Shown piece after piece: positions 1-13,579 of a stretch of 64,000 nucleotides of DNA. Within the stretch, counting starts at the first letter, position 1. The number at the start of each line of letters is the position of its first letter. This stretch comes from Podarcis cretensis (lineage: Eukaryota): assembly GCA_951804945.1 (NCBI GenBank), contig OX638157.1:50530001-50594000 (forward strand), in the 5' to 3' direction. The notes under the pieces are model-generated. The model saw only the letters and a list, made by a program, of their open reading frames with translations. It had not been told where the DNA came from and searched no databases. The position numbers were made by a program, and so were the translations under genes.

Positions 1-19
1 TATGTATAGTAAAACAATA

Positions 20-266
20 CACTGGTACCTCAGGTTACAGACACTTCAGGTTACAGACACTTCAGGTTACAGACTCTGCTAACCCAGAAATAGTACCTCA
101 GGTTAACAACTTTGCTTCAGGATGAGAACAGAAATCATGCTCCGGCGGTGCGGCGCGGCGGCAGCGGGAGACCCCATTAGCTAAAGTGGTACCTCAGATT
201 AAGAACAGTTTCAGATTAAGAACGGAGCTCCAGAACGAATTAAGTTCTTAACCCGAGGTACCACTG
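20..266 (+). mobile_element. Tigger/pogo-type (Tc1-mariner) MITE, family A
   Basis: TIRs CA(C/G)TGGTACCTC...GAGGTACCACTG flanked by TA; same body as copies at 24764, 31167, 51657, 57249. Confidence 0.9.
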
Positions 267-1053
267 TACATAACAAAGCAATCATACACTTTCACCCATA
301 AGCTGTGCATGTTTGTCTACATCAGTAAGCAACCCAGGACTCTGTGCTACAGGGTGTTTAATTTGCATTGATCTAGATCTAACATATTTCTCAATGTATA
401 CTCCAAATATTTTTTATGTCTAAAATATTTGGGGACCTCTTCCCCAGTGATCTGCTACTAAGCATTAGTAGGACATGCCTATAATCATGATAATATCTTT
501 GAACAGTTGATAGGAGAATTAATTGTTCTACACCTTATTCTTGTTTCCATGTTTAAAAGTACTTTCCCATCTAGATACGGTGTGTGCTTAAAACAAACTT
601 AAGCATGATTCCAATCACTTGACTGGAGTACCAAGTTAGACTACCGTGGGGATAACTTGTGCCACACAATGCCCCTTAAAAAGTGTTTTGTTAACAAAGA
701 GCATGTGCTGTGATTTTGTATTTTACGCCACAAACCAAAGCTGCCTTAATTCTTTAAAATGGAACATAATTCTCCTGTTTATGTTTCTGTCGCTGGAAGA
801 AAAAAGTTTCCATTCTCTCTGCTTTGTTGTCTTGTACTCTGAGCCTAACAAATTATTCCTCAATGATCCTTTTCCTACTCCCAAACCAATTTTGACTAAA
901 CTGCCTGTCACTGCTTTTAACACTTCCTTATTTCTCCAACAACAGTGGCCTTAGGCTGAAGATTGACAAAGACACCCAAGGCACTTCCATTGCTTCATAG
1001 GCAGCAGCTGACACCATCCCTCAGCAGCTTTTGTGGGAAATCGCACAGTGGGA

Positions 1054-1081
<28 letters not shown>
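1054..1081. repeat. (GT)n microsatellite
   Basis: direct reading. Confidence 0.97.
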
Positions 1082-1085
<4 letters not shown>

Positions 1086-3166
1086 TATGTGTATGTACCC
1101 TTTATGGTTTTTGTTGCTGTTTTTGTATTCAGAATACTCTCCGTCTAATGAATAAAATGTGTCAGAAATATCTCTGACAGAGTGACAACCCAGGATGGCT
1201 TTCTGAAGCAGAGAATTCTTGTTTCTAATTTCCAGTTTATAGGACAATAATAGCTTTATTTAGATATTTTTGACTTCATGTAAATAACTAGGTGTGAGGG
1301 ATAGCAGGGCAAGATACATTAGCCTCACACGCTCGTGGGTCCCCTGCAGTCCTTCCATTGGGGGAAGCAATAGTGGCCAGTTGGATGGTGCATGTTGGGG
1401 CAGCATTGATACCTGGCTTCTCAATGGTAAGCGTCACTGCCAGATACCAAGAGAAAGGGGGACACGGTGCAAGGAGCTCATCACAAAACCAGAACAGCAG
1501 TGTGTTGGTTCCTCTGATGCTGGGAGAGGAGCACCGGGCCGAGCTGTGATGGGGACACTGGCGTGGGGCCACCTACTTCCCTCCCCCTCAAATATCTGTG
1601 CCCAGAGCCATGGTCCCTCTGTGCCCAGAGCCATTGGTCCAAGCCAAATACCAAGCACTTCACTTACCCAGCTTTGTGAAGGCAATGTAAGGGCTAGGGG
1701 CCTCCAAAAAGGCCTTGACATGTGGCCCTCAAGACAAACAATGAACAGATAAAACTGAAGAAGGACTATAGAAGAAAGGGAAGGACGCAAGGAAAAGAAA
1801 GATGGTACAGATATATAGGATAAGGGATAATGTATCTATAGGGCTTGGAACAGTTCTCTTTGTATAACACCAGATTAAAAAGGCATGAAGTGGCTTACTT
1901 GAAGGGAAATGAGAAATGTCATCCTTGCACTGATGAAAAAGCACTCATTACATCCAAATCAGCTGCCTTCTCTTAGCTATCACTACACATACATCTGCAC
2001 TCCTTTTAGAATTAACTACATAAGCTATTTTTTCAGCAATTAAAGCATTGGAGGTTACAGACCTCTTCAAGTGTAATCAGCCTCTTGAAGGGATTTTAAA
2101 CAGCATGCATTGTGTAAACGAGAAACATTCTGTTTTATGCCGCAGACAGTGATGTGCTGACAAAGTTTAAAGGGCATCGACAAAAACTTTTCCCTCTAGT
2201 CAGCAAATACGATTTTCATGGGTAAAATACCCTTCCCTATACTAGCCTCGTAGCTTCCTGTAAATATTTCCTTTTTTCATTCCCAAAGTCTCACTTCGGT
2301 GCCTGCATGCACATTTTTGTCAGCCTTTTAGCAGACTAGATAAAACATGTATCACAATATGGGTTGCTTCCCAGGAGAGCTGATGAAGTCCCTGGTCCAA
2401 ACATTGCCACTGCCATGAACTCAATAGATGGCCTTAAAACCCCCACTTTTAAGCTCCTGTCCCTTCCACTCCCCATTGCCAGGGGCAATATCTAATTTGT
2501 GATTATGCAATTGTGCTATATCATACAATCATATATTTTTGTGTGGTGATGCTATGTGTTCAGCATATGACAAAAGCTATATAATGAAGGTCCCAGAGTG
2601 TGGCCTGGGAAACCTCAGGGGAATCATTCATTTGGAAATATTCCTGAACTCATGTTGTTAATCTCTTCACTACCTCCAGATCAGTCAAGATCTGAGTACT
2701 TAGATTGTGATCTTGTCTCAGACAGGTCCAAGTCAGCCTACACTGAGGTGTGGTCTGAGCCAGTCATACTTTATAGATTGCAAGCCTGCAGACAGGGACT
2801 ATCTTGTTTTAATTGATTGTACGTAAGCCACTCTGGGAGCCTTTTTGGCTGAAGTGCAGGGTGCAAATGCTCTAAATAATGAATGACAATAATAAGTAGC
2901 CAATGGAGCTGTCAAAATGTAATTATTATATGAGTGTGTGGAGGAGCAAATGAAAAAGAAAGTAAAGTCTTAATCAATGGGGTGAAATTGGCACCATTAA
3001 CTACCAAACCAAGTTACTTGGCTTCTGAACCACTCACTTCCTTCCAACACTTCTCTCCCACACATCATATACACATTTAGGTTGCATCCTAACACCACCT
3101 CCCCATGTTGAGCGCCTTAAGGTCCTTAAAAAAACTCCTGACACAGGGCCAGTCCTGCCATGCAGG

Positions 3167-3533
3167 TAAAAGGTAAAGGACCCCTGGACAGTCAAGGTCC
3201 AGGTCAAGTCCAGTCAAAGGCAATGATGGGGTTGCAGCATTTATCTTGCTTCAGGCTGAGGGAGCTGGCATTTGTCCACAGAAAGCTTTCCGAGTCATGT
3301 GGCCAGCATGACTAAACCGCTTCTGGCACAATGGAACACCATGACAGAAAACAGAGCACAAAGAAACACCTTCCCGCCATAGCTGTACCTATTTATCTAC
3401 TTGCACTGGCATGCCTTCAAACTGCTAGGTTGGCAGGATCTGGGACAGAGCAACAGGAGATTCGAACCGCCGACCTTCTGATCGGCAAGTCCAAGAGGCT
3501 CAGTAGTTTAGACCACAGTGCCGCCCGCGTCCC
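3167..3533 (-). mobile_element. Sauria (Squam1) SINE
   Basis: (AAAGGT)n tail at left, GCGTCCC head at right, CCTATTTATCTACTTGCAC core; near-perfect TSD TGCCA(T/A)GCAGG at 3156-3166 and 3542-3552. Confidence 0.93.
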
Positions 3534-3579
3534 TTTACCTTTGCCAAGCAGGAGTGTGAAGCAATGTGTGTCCTTTTAT

Positions 3580-3706
3580 GGATAGCTCAGTTGGTTAGAG
3601 CATGCTGCTGATAATGCAAAGGTTGCAAGTTTGATCCCCGTATGGGATAGCTGCACATTCCTGCGTATTACTTCCAAGTTTCCAGTTCTATTATTCTCTG
3701 ATTCTA
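3580..3706 (+). mobile_element. tRNA-derived SINE with CR1-like (ATTCT) tail, internally deleted
   Basis: TAGCTCAGTTGGTTAGAGC A-box, GTTTGATCCC B-box, ends ATTCTCTGATTCTA; too diverged to be a tRNA gene. Confidence 0.7.
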
Positions 3707-6700
3707 ATGTGCTTCAGGCATCACTTTCATGAGGAGCAGGGGAGGTTAAAGTAGCACCCTTCCTTACCCTGCTGCATGGTACTCCCTTGTCCACTTAGAA
3801 TTCCAGCACTTTGGGAATTTAGTACAAAAAACTTTTAGTTATATAAGTATTATCATCATGTATTGGTGGGTTGAACATACTCTCCACAGTTTGAATAATT
3901 TCTCACTGCCCCCACCCCCTTTGCTAGTTACAATGAGTTTTGCTTATACGGAAATAGCCACCTTGACATCAGATTGGCACAGAACATCCAGCAATCAGCA
4001 ATGGATTGAGAATAAGAATTAATATGTATTCAGTGCAGAACCATTTGATCAGAAGGATTTTAGAGAAAAGTTGTAGGATTTACTGTACTTGATGTTATGA
4101 AATTCAAAATCTTTCAACTTCAACTTACAGGTACACTTCTATCATTTCCATAGTACTGTAGAATATTATCTTGCAACGCTACTGCAAAAGCAGATACATC
4201 TACATCACTTCTCTTGTTAGATCTAGAGTTGTACTCAGTGGAATCTTACTGGTGCTAGAGAAAGTGGGAAAATATTTTTTTCCTATTTCCTGTCCCCATA
4301 TCCAGAGCTTTTTCCTTCCAGATAAAAGTCCTTCCAGAGCAGCATAAGAGGCAGTCCTGAAGACTGCAGGAAGAAGTGGAAATAGTCTGAAATTGTTTCC
4401 TCATCCTTTTCCTCTAACAGGAAGCTTCCACAGAATGTCAGTGCCTTTCATTTGTTGAATGGCCACTCTGGATTCATTCCAGAAGAATCATCCCTTTATG
4501 TATATTAATCACAATGGGACAGAATAGCTCTTACGGAGCGGGCAATGAAATGTGGCATCTTGCCATAGATGGCATGTTGGTCCACTCCAAAAAGTTTGTG
4601 ACTCTTCAGCAGTGCTACTTCCTATCGGAAATGCAGTGTCTACTGTCAAACCTCCCCAACCAACCCTGTTCAGTTAATGGAGCATCTGTTGAGAGGAGAG
4701 ATATCTCCAGGGAATGAGGTCCTGGATGAGATAACTTCCATCCCACCCTGCAGCTCTTAGGATTCACACTTATTCATACAGAAGATCATCCAATACCTAA
4801 ATCAGTGACACACATTTCCCTTCTCTTCCCTGGCTCACCAGCCTATTTATGGCCAGGTACATGATTATAAAAGATTGATGCAAGCCTTCACATCATACCT
4901 GCAAGCTGATAAATAATAAACAAAACAAAGTGAGAAAACTCACAGTAAGGCAAATACATCCAAGAAGAGAGAGAGAGATTCCTATTTGTTCATCTGTGCA
5001 TCTAGCAAACATAATGACACCTTTGCAGATCTGACTGATACCAGTGGTGTTAATAGCTATAGGCCTCCGAGTCCTAGCTTGGTGTATAGCCGACAGCAAT
5101 AATTATCTCATCATGCCAAATACAAACTTGCAATATTAACTCATTCATCCTACCATGCATACACACACACAATTTGGAGCAAGGCTAAGCAGCATTTGCA
5201 ATAGGCCTGAACTGGCTTTCCTTGAAATGCTTGTTGTGCACTTGCAATTCTGAGCACCATAAAAACCTCCCCACACCGACAAGCAGCTCAAATTGCTGGT
5301 TTGTGAGCCTACTTTTGAACCAGTTCATCGGTGCTTCTGAGAACAGCACTCTAGTGCAGATCAATCAGCATTTCCTATGCTGCAATGACACCTCCTTAAT
5401 TGCAGCAATAATCTCAACGTGGCACTGTGGTGTTCAGGTTTTCATTCCCTCCCCCCCCCCACTACAGCTGTAATGGGCCTGCATGTGCTAAGGAATTTAT
5501 GGTAGCAATTGACATAAGAAAATGGGCCCTTATGCAGTTGATGGCACAGCTAAAATCTTCATGAACCACTGTGGAACTTTGTTTCCTTCCTTTTGTCCCA
5601 CTCAAGAAGCACATTAAAGGGAATATAAGAAGTCTCCAACTTCTCAGCTAAGTTTCTTACTACACTGTCTCAACTACTGCATAGAAACAGAATTTGATTT
5701 ATTTTCTCTGCAGTGTGGTGCTCAAGCCTTAACTACAAAGAAGTAGATAGAAAGTAGGGTTACGGTTTGTGGGCTTAGCGTTAGAAATCCAGTAGGTACA
5801 CTTGTGGCAAACCCCTGTACCTTTGTAAATGTGTTCAGATTTTGATGCAAGGGCATAAAGTATTTTTGCTTCACTGTATCTGTTTTGGGAGACAGGAAAA
5901 TAGATGTGTGTGGAAAAATTGTCAGCAGTTTCCAATTATCTTGAGGCTGCAGTTGTAATTTTTAAAAAATCAGAAGTAAGAAAACTGGATTATATAGGAT
6001 TGGGTTATAAGACCCTATCAGGTTCATTCTTAGCTTAGAATGTATTAATTCTGAAAAATTGGGGTCTAGCTAATCATAATAAAAATGGAGTTTGTATGTA
6101 TTTGAATCTCTGTCCTAATTTTGTCGCATATTAAAGTGTGTAGACTCAATGTAAGCTGAATACTGCAATCTTAGGCACAACTACTTGGGAGTAAATTTCC
6201 TTGAATTCTGAATAAAAAGAGGCAGACTCCATATCTGATATTCACAGGGTATTGGCTCCAGCATTTTAATGGTGGGGAGGACCGAGACAGAATTTACACC
6301 TCCATTAGAATAGATTACTAAGCATTTGCCTAGACATGAAGAAAAAAAGAAACCAATCTGATTTAATTAAGCAAGTATGTGAGCAAAGGATAAGCTAATT
6401 ATAGATTAACAAATGAATCTAGTGCAGTGAGCTAATGATGTGCAGCAGCTAGATCAGAGATGCTCTTCATCAGGCAATGGCAATCCTTCCAGGCTGTTGG
6501 TCATCATCTAAGAGGCCTTGAGCTAGTCATTTCTGTATTTGTTAAGGAGAACTAAGCATTCCTCTGTAGGTGGGAAAACTACTCAGCAGAAACCTTTGCT
6601 TGTGAGCTATTGACACTCATCACCAACTCACCACTAGTGATGAGACCAACTGTCCCTGCCAGAAAACTGAATTAAGCTTCATCAAAACTCAGTTTATTTC

Positions 6701-7336
6701 AAGTTGAAATCTTAGCGAAATCAGACCCCAACACATCAGACATTATGTTACTCCCAGGTGAACCTACAATCTCCCTGTTCATCTGAGTGCCAAATCCCTA
6801 ACCCTACACAAATCACCAGACATCTAGTTTCATAAGTGGTGCAAGACACTGGATAATTGACTTGTCCTCTATCCTCCAGTTTGTTCAACTTCTCCTTGTC
6901 TCCTTTTGTTCTTCATATGTATTTTTCTTCCGCTTTTCCAAACTTCTTATACACCATCCTGTTTCTTTTATTTTTTTTCATATCAAGCCTGTCCTATTGG
7001 TCATGCTAAGATTATCTCTTAAGACATTAGGAATGTCTTCAATTCAAGCTAAATTGTCAGCAGTGAAGGATAGAGCCTTCTTACTTTTGTGTTAACCAGT
7101 TAATAATATTGATGTTTCAGTCTTTCAGAACTGCACAGGATCACACTATTTGAAGTATTTTTGATGTTGCATCAACACTTTGAAAGAAAATGAATACATT
7201 TGTATGCTAACATTGTATACTACTAATTCCAAGACAGGTTACTTTTAAGCAGCATGCTCAGGATTTATGGTTAACAAGTGGTTCTGAGGATAAATATTTG
7301 TTTTTCAAAGTATGTTTTGTCAGGACTTCTTAATAC

Positions 7337-7384
7337 CTTTGTTCACGATACAGATGAAAGGTTCTCGTCATTAGACTGCTTCAC
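7337..7384 (-). ncRNA. candidate 48-nt exon of a minus-strand transcript
   Basis: acceptor TTTTATTTTATTTCAG, donor AAG|GTATTA on minus strand; stop codon in each of the three frames. Confidence 0.35.
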
Positions 7385-7752
7385 CTGAAATAAAATAAAA
7401 AGTGTCAGAGTTTGTTTATGTTCTCCCTCCCTCCCTCTCTTCATAGGTGCATCCTCCAAGTGAAAATAGCACATTTTAGATAATTTATTTGTTAATTTGA
7501 CAGAATTTATATGCTGCTTGATTGTAAACAGAACCTCTAAAAATGATTTACTTGAGAAGTCATTGTGTTGTCAGAACAAAGGCATTGTGACCTATGCCCC
7601 AAAGCTACATTTCTTTCCTAACCTATTCCCTTCTTCATCTTAACACTTTTTCTAAATTGAAAGGCATGCAAAGATGTTTCTGTAAGAGCTATTGGGGGGT
7701 GCTTTTATTACCCTTTCATATATTTTCCAGTTATCTTGCTATTCCCCTGTGT

Positions 7753-7973
7753 TTTATTTATTTGTTGCATTTATATACCACTTTTTCTTCCAAGAAACTC
7801 AGTGGGGCGTACATGGTTCTTCTCTTCCCCATTTAAACCTCACAACAACCCTGTGAGGTAGGTTAGGGTGACTGGCCCAGGTCACCCAGTGAGCTTCATG
7901 GCTGAGTAGGAATTTGAACCTTGGTCTGTCAGATGGTAGTCCAACATTCTAATCATTATGTCACTCTGGATCT
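7753..7973 (-). mobile_element. old CORE SINE (Squam3/MIR-like)
   Basis: CCTCACAACAACCCTGTGAGGTAGG and GGTCACCCAG CORE motifs, (TTTA)n tail at left, tRNA-like head at right. Confidence 0.8.
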
Positions 7974-9010
7974 CTTTATAAAGAATGGGGAAAAAATGCA
8001 AGGGGAGCCTCTTGGTTGCACTTTGTAAAATGGGATGGCAAAACAACCAAAAGAAAATGCAAAGTTGTGTTTAAAATATGACAAAATGTTTTGCCATTAA
8101 TAAGAAAAGTTACACATCGCACATTTCTTGCTTGATGTGGACAGTGTTACCAATCTACATCTAGCAAACCCACACCCTCCATAGATATTTTCCAAGTTCA
8201 AATGGATAAAATATATTCTGTATTTATTTATTTATTTAAAAACCATTTTCAGGGAGACATGACAAATTGGAGGTGGGCAGCTAAGAGTTCCAAACATTTG
8301 AGTTATAATAGAGCAGAACACTATTAAACTGTTTACAATTCTATCTACAACAGGAACATCATAAATAGACAAACCAAACAATGATTATCCTACTCAATGA
8401 GCTACAATGAGTAATATTTATTTATGTGACTAGTCAATAAAGCAGAGTACTGCAGTTCACAGCAAGTAGTTCATTTCTGGTGAAAGGGGTATTGTAAAAA
8501 GGCTCAGCTTGCATACGAATGACTAATACTCAGAATTTTTTTGTCATTCAGCATTTTCCCTGTATCTTTATTGTCTTCAGCAGGGAAATATGATGCTGGA
8601 TTATGTCTGGTTTCTGCATGCATAGTGATAAATGTGCAGCAAGGATCATCACATTATTATGGGCATGTGACTGGACAGAAGCTAAGCATAATAATTGGAC
8701 CTCAGCTGTGACATCTTCAGAATCATCCACAATAGTACTAGCAGCTATGTGATGGAGACAACCACTGCCTAAAGTTAAGTGTGGCAAATTAACTACTGCA
8801 TTAGAACATTCTAGCTACCTTGTTCCCTGAATCATGACTGGACTATAACAGGGGGGGAAGTAATAAATTATTATCATTAATATTTTGTGGACACAATTCT
8901 TATGCGGTTCATTGGTCTGTCATATGCCACTAAATAGAAATGCTCTGTATGAATTTGAAATGCCTCTGACTTGAGAAATGTTGCATTTAGAAAGAAAAAA
9001 GATGCTAAGG

Positions 9011-9297
9011 GGGACATAGGAAGCTAGCTTACACCATCAGACCATGAGTTCATCTAGAGTTTCCTAAACTTGGGTCTCCAGCTTTTGTTGAACTACAACT
9101 CCCATCATCCCTAGCTAGCAGGACCAGTGGTCAGGGATGATGGGAACTGTAGTCTAATAACAGCTAGAGACCCAAGTTTAGGAAACCCTGATCTAACTCA
9201 GTATTGCCTATATTCAATAGCAGCAGCTCTCCGGGGTTTCAGACAGGTGACATTCTGAGCCCTACCTGGAGATGCTGAACTTGGGGCAGATGCTCCT
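9011..9297 (-). mobile_element. tRNA-derived SINE interrupted by a hAT-type palindromic MITE (9055-9190)
   Basis: GGGACATAGGAAGCT tail ... CCCTACCTGGAGATGC body; inserted MITE has long inverted arms AAACTTGGGTCTC...ACTACAACTCCCATCATCCCT / AGGGATGATGGGAACTGTAGT...GAGACCCAAGTTT. Confidence 0.75.
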
Positions 9298-10711
9298 CTC
9301 CTGGTCCACAGTCTCATTCAACAAGGGAGAGGAATGTCTCCACCAGGGTGGGTGGGATGTGTGCTTGCCTTATGTACACAGACCAGTCACACACAAGCAG
9401 GATCAGAGTTCCACATCAGGGGGAAAGCTACATATTATCAACATGTAGATGTGCCCACAGGCAGGGCCAGTCCAAGAGATCTTGATGTCTGAGATGTAAC
9501 AGCAAATGGTGTCTCATTCCCTGCTCCAAGTCAAGATGTGTAATATTCAGGGCCAGCCAGACTATTCTGGCACCTGAAGCAATTAATAAATAAATTCCCC
9601 ACAAAACCCTTATCCCCTTCCCTGGCAGGGAAAATTCAAAATAAATAAACAAATAATAATTTGCTGCATTTGCAGGCTTCTCATGCTACCTAATGGTAGG
9701 GCTGGCTCTGGGATTACAGAAACAAATTCTTTTCATAAGAATGATAATTACACCCAGAAATATAAAGTGTCTCTCGTAAGATTAGATCCACAAGTCTCCT
9801 TTAATAACAAACAAGTTTGGCAAAAGTTTGCACGTTACATATGAAACACCTCTTCCCTACTATATTGATGTCTCATTAGTTTAAGGACCTGGAGCCCTCC
9901 AGGAATTGTCACTCACATGACATTTATGAGCACTAGATTTTGCATTTGGATTTGTAATATGTTCAGCAGATGTGGAGGAATCTTATGTACAGGGAACTCC
10001 CTGGTGACTACAAAGCTGGGGTTGCAACAAGAGTAGAGGAAACTGGCACAGAACAGCACTAAACAACATTAAAATGCATCAGATGGAAGGAATTTATCTG
10101 ACGGGTAGCTAGCTAAAATACAAGATTTGTATACAATGGTAAGTTCTGTCATTAATTTCACTGCAAAATCTTCTTTTGGAATGGATCTTTCCCCAAGAAC
10201 AGTATGTGGTACTTTTTCCTTTTCTTTTTTTATCTCACACATTTCCCCTGCCCCCCTCCATCACTTTTCATGACATCTTCTACTAAGGGGCTGGAAAACA
10301 CACAGCATTTGTATTTATCTGGCTATATATACCAGCATGACAAGATTTATTTAGTTTTAAAAATTAGTTTAATATCAGAGATAATTATAGACCACAAAAA
10401 CTATTAGAGCCCTATTACTAAACTGCCTCACTCAGTCAAAGCAAAGGTGGCACCAAAGCACAAAGGTTAGAAGACAATGCTGAATTATTAGAATGAGTAA
10501 TAGTGACAAGTCTGAAAATATTTCATCACAACAAGAGTTGAGGAAACTCTCCTTGGCTCAAATCTGAAATTGACTGACAGTTACGAGAAGCATTATGGAA
10601 CACAAACAAACATTCATTCTAAATTGACTATTCTACTCTGCAGATGTGTTCTTGTATTGCTACTTGAGAATTTAGGGGCTGGATTTGGAAGAAATTGCCT
10701 AAGCAACTCTC

Positions 10712-11232
10712 TGATGCTTCCGTGGGCATGGAGGACTTGGAAATTTCAATTGGTCCAGAATGCAGCAACAAGATTACTGGCTGCAGTTCCATTTAGAGAT
10801 CATATAACACCTGTTTTAAAACAGGTGGATTGGTTACCAGTTCATTTCTGGGTCCAATCCAAGGTGCTTATGTTAGTTTTTAATGCCATAAAGCAACTCA
10901 GCCCCTAAATACCTGAAAGACCACCTCCTTCCCCACAGACCATTTTGGGTGCTAAGATGGTCAGAGGGAACCCTCTTGGTGGTTCCACTGTCCTCAAAAG
11001 CTCTGGGGTGCTGGTGGCAGCCCCTAAGTTGTGAAATCCCCTCCCCAGAGAGGTGTGTCTAGCATTTTCATTCTGCAGCTTCTGGTGAATACTAAAGTCA
11101 GACTCCTATATCCCAGCTTTGACGCTTGAGGTGCGTATTTTTCATGATTGTGAGTTGTTTTAAATTGTTTTAATATTGTGCCACCCTGGCATTTTAGGGA
11201 GAAGGGCGGGGAATACTGATACTGATAATAAT
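10712..11232 (+). mobile_element. L2-clade LINE 3' fragment (decayed ORF2 C-terminus and tail)
   Basis: ORF 10570-10908 contains KFQLVQNAATRLL...RDHITPVLKQVDWLPVHF..KVL, the L2 post-RT motif; ends GAAGGGCGG...ATAATAAT. Confidence 0.88.
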
Positions 11233-11512
11233 GCATGGTGACATCTTGCCACTGGTTTTCTGGCCCATATTTACAAATCTGGAGCATGTGCAAAAGGGTA
11301 TAGTAGCAGCTGGAACATCAACAGGGACAGCAGCAGTTTTGTTTGACAACAGAGAAAGAGGCACCTTTTCCAGCACTTGTATTTTCCAGCACCTACTCAG
11401 TCTGCCTCAGGTGCAAGTGAAGGAATATTCAGGTAAGTGACAGTATGAGTTTCCAATAGGGGTAGGGCTGCTTGTTTAGAATGGGAAAGGCTTGCAGACG
11501 GGGGTTCAAGCA

Positions 11513-11775
11513 TGTCCAACACGTCCATCACGATCTACTGGCAGATCACTGAACACCTGTGGTAGATCACTGGTAGATCACTGGCTCTCACAAAGAAGCC
11601 CAACAACTTTGGCTCCCCTAAGAAAAGCTCAACATTTTAGCCCTGCAGCCCATAAAAACAGGGCTTTCCTTCCTAAAAAAAGCTCAACAACAACTTTGAC
11701 CTGAACCCCTAAAAAGGGGGTAGATCACTGCCAGTTTTTAACTGAGTAGGTCACATTCTGTTGGGAGTTGGCCAC
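11513..11775. mobile_element. hAT-type MITE (GTAGATCAC-repeat family), degraded
   Basis: GTCCAAC...GTTGGCCAC ends, repeated GTAGATCACTG subterminal motif. Confidence 0.6.
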
Positions 11776-12562
11776 AGTTGACTACATGATTACTGCAGGT
11801 GAAGCAATATGTACAATATGGACTATATTGTAGAGCTGTGGTTAGTCACTACCTTGCAGCCAGCTACTGTCCCCTGAAATAATAGCAGTCACTGTCCTCC
11901 AAAAGACAATTTGTACACTCAGTGAACATGTACCAGAACAGCAGCTGAATGCTAAGTCTGAGAAATGCAGACTACAGAGGTGTCAAAACTAGGATATGAG
12001 CTCACAGTAGACTAGGGAGGAATATATCAGGGGCTATGGAGCTTGCTTCAATACAATTAGTTCATTGAGACCTGTTTAAATTTGTATTCTGTTCTTGTTG
12101 TTTTTTGAACTTCAGCAACATCAATAACCACAACAGCTTGTTGCCAATCATTAATTAACCTGCTACCCACTGTTGCTGTGTCCAACACTGAATGTTTTCT
12201 CACTCCAGCCTGAGAAACAACCACATATTTCTGGCCAAACACATTTCCTATCATTCATCTTCAGATAGATAAAACTGTGAATGCAATTGCAAATTCTCTC
12301 TCAAAGTATACATTCGAGACCATCAACAACAGATTGCACTGTAAGACTCAAGGACTCCCTGTAGTCAGCGCCACACAATTTCTCCTGCGGACCAGCACCC
12401 TGATTCTACTGCCAACCTGGCAGACTGAGCATTATGCTTTGAGAGCACTACCTAAGTCAGGTGTAAAATCCTCTAGAGTTTACCAAGGAATCCTCCAATT
12501 TGTTATGGTATTTAATTATTCATCACGCCTACAGGTTCCCTATAATGATGCCTTCCAATCTG

Positions 12563-12566
<4 letters not shown>

Positions 12567-12608
<42 letters not shown>
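12567..12608. repeat. (TA)n microsatellite
   Basis: direct reading. Confidence 0.97.
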
Positions 12609-12610
<2 letters not shown>

Positions 12611-13056
12611 CTGACTGCTTCCATAAGTCCCCTGATGTGATGTAAAATGTTTTTGTGTCTCTCCAAGTTGTCTGCCAGCCCTTCAATGTTGTACATTATA
12701 TGTTACCAGTGAAGTTGGAGGGGGTTAAAAATGAGGTTCCAGTTCTCATTTCTTGATAAAAGTGGATGGTAGCACAAGATTGCTGCCATGGGCAGCAAAA
12801 AATAAAAAATAAAAAATTAAGGAGGAAGTGCTCCGTTTCCATTATTTCTCTCTCTCCTCTCCCTCTCTCTCCTCCCTTCTTCTCCTTCTCCTTCTCCCCC
12901 TCCTCCTCTCCCTGTAACCCTTTCTCACAAGCACATCTCTGTATAATATTAACTACTACTACTCTGTGGTGACAAAAGGTTTTGGGCCCTCCACAAATTG
13001 ATCATTTTATGGTGCCGAAAGGCTTTTGTGGCAAATCCAAAACCCCAACACACATA

Positions 13057-13273
13057 CAGTGGTACCTCTGGATGAGAACGGGATCCATTCTGGAGCCCCA
13101 TTCGCATCCAGTGAACGCAACCCGTGTCCGTGCATCTGCGCATGTGCAGGTCACGATTCGCCGCTTCCGCGCATGTGTGTGATGTCATTGTGACCGTCTG
13201 TGCATGCACAAGCGCCACAGCGTGCAACCCAAAAATACTTATCCCCAAGCTACTTCAACCCAAGGTATGACTG
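13057..13273 (+). mobile_element. Tigger/pogo-type MITE, family B
   Basis: TA|CAGTGGTACCTC ... GGTATGACTG|TA; similar to 57645-57892 and 42708-42922. Confidence 0.85.
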
Positions 13274-13416
13274 TACATCCACTTTTGCACTTCTGCCATG
13301 CCTTCTTTGACATGCAGTCTCCAGACCATTGTCTCCTCCCTAAGGACCAATCCCATTTCACAAAACCCTAGAAAGCACCCACCTCCAAGCTCATTTTTCA
13401 GTCTGGGCTACTGGTA

Positions 13417-13579
13417 CAGTGGTACCTCTGGTTGCGAACTTACGGTAATTCTTTTTGGAGGTCCGTTCTTAACCTGAAACTGTTCTTAACCTGAGGTACC
13501 ACTTTAGCTAATGGGACCGCCACATGATTTCTGTTCCCATCCTAAGGTAAAGTTCTTAACTGGAGGTACTACTTCCGGC
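13417..13579 (-). mobile_element. Tigger/pogo-type MITE family A, truncated
   Basis: one TIR plus GTTCTTAACCTGA repeats; second TIR absent. Confidence 0.75.

Noticed and set aside
1294-1752. 152-aa ORF with overlapping ORFs on both strands
   Set aside because: GTG start, no recognisable domain, contains a 23-bp tandem duplication; consistent with a locally GC-richer old repeat.
3580-3655. tRNA-Ile-like sequence
   Set aside because: Mutated T-arm and acceptor stem, and it continues into a SINE body and CR1-like tail.
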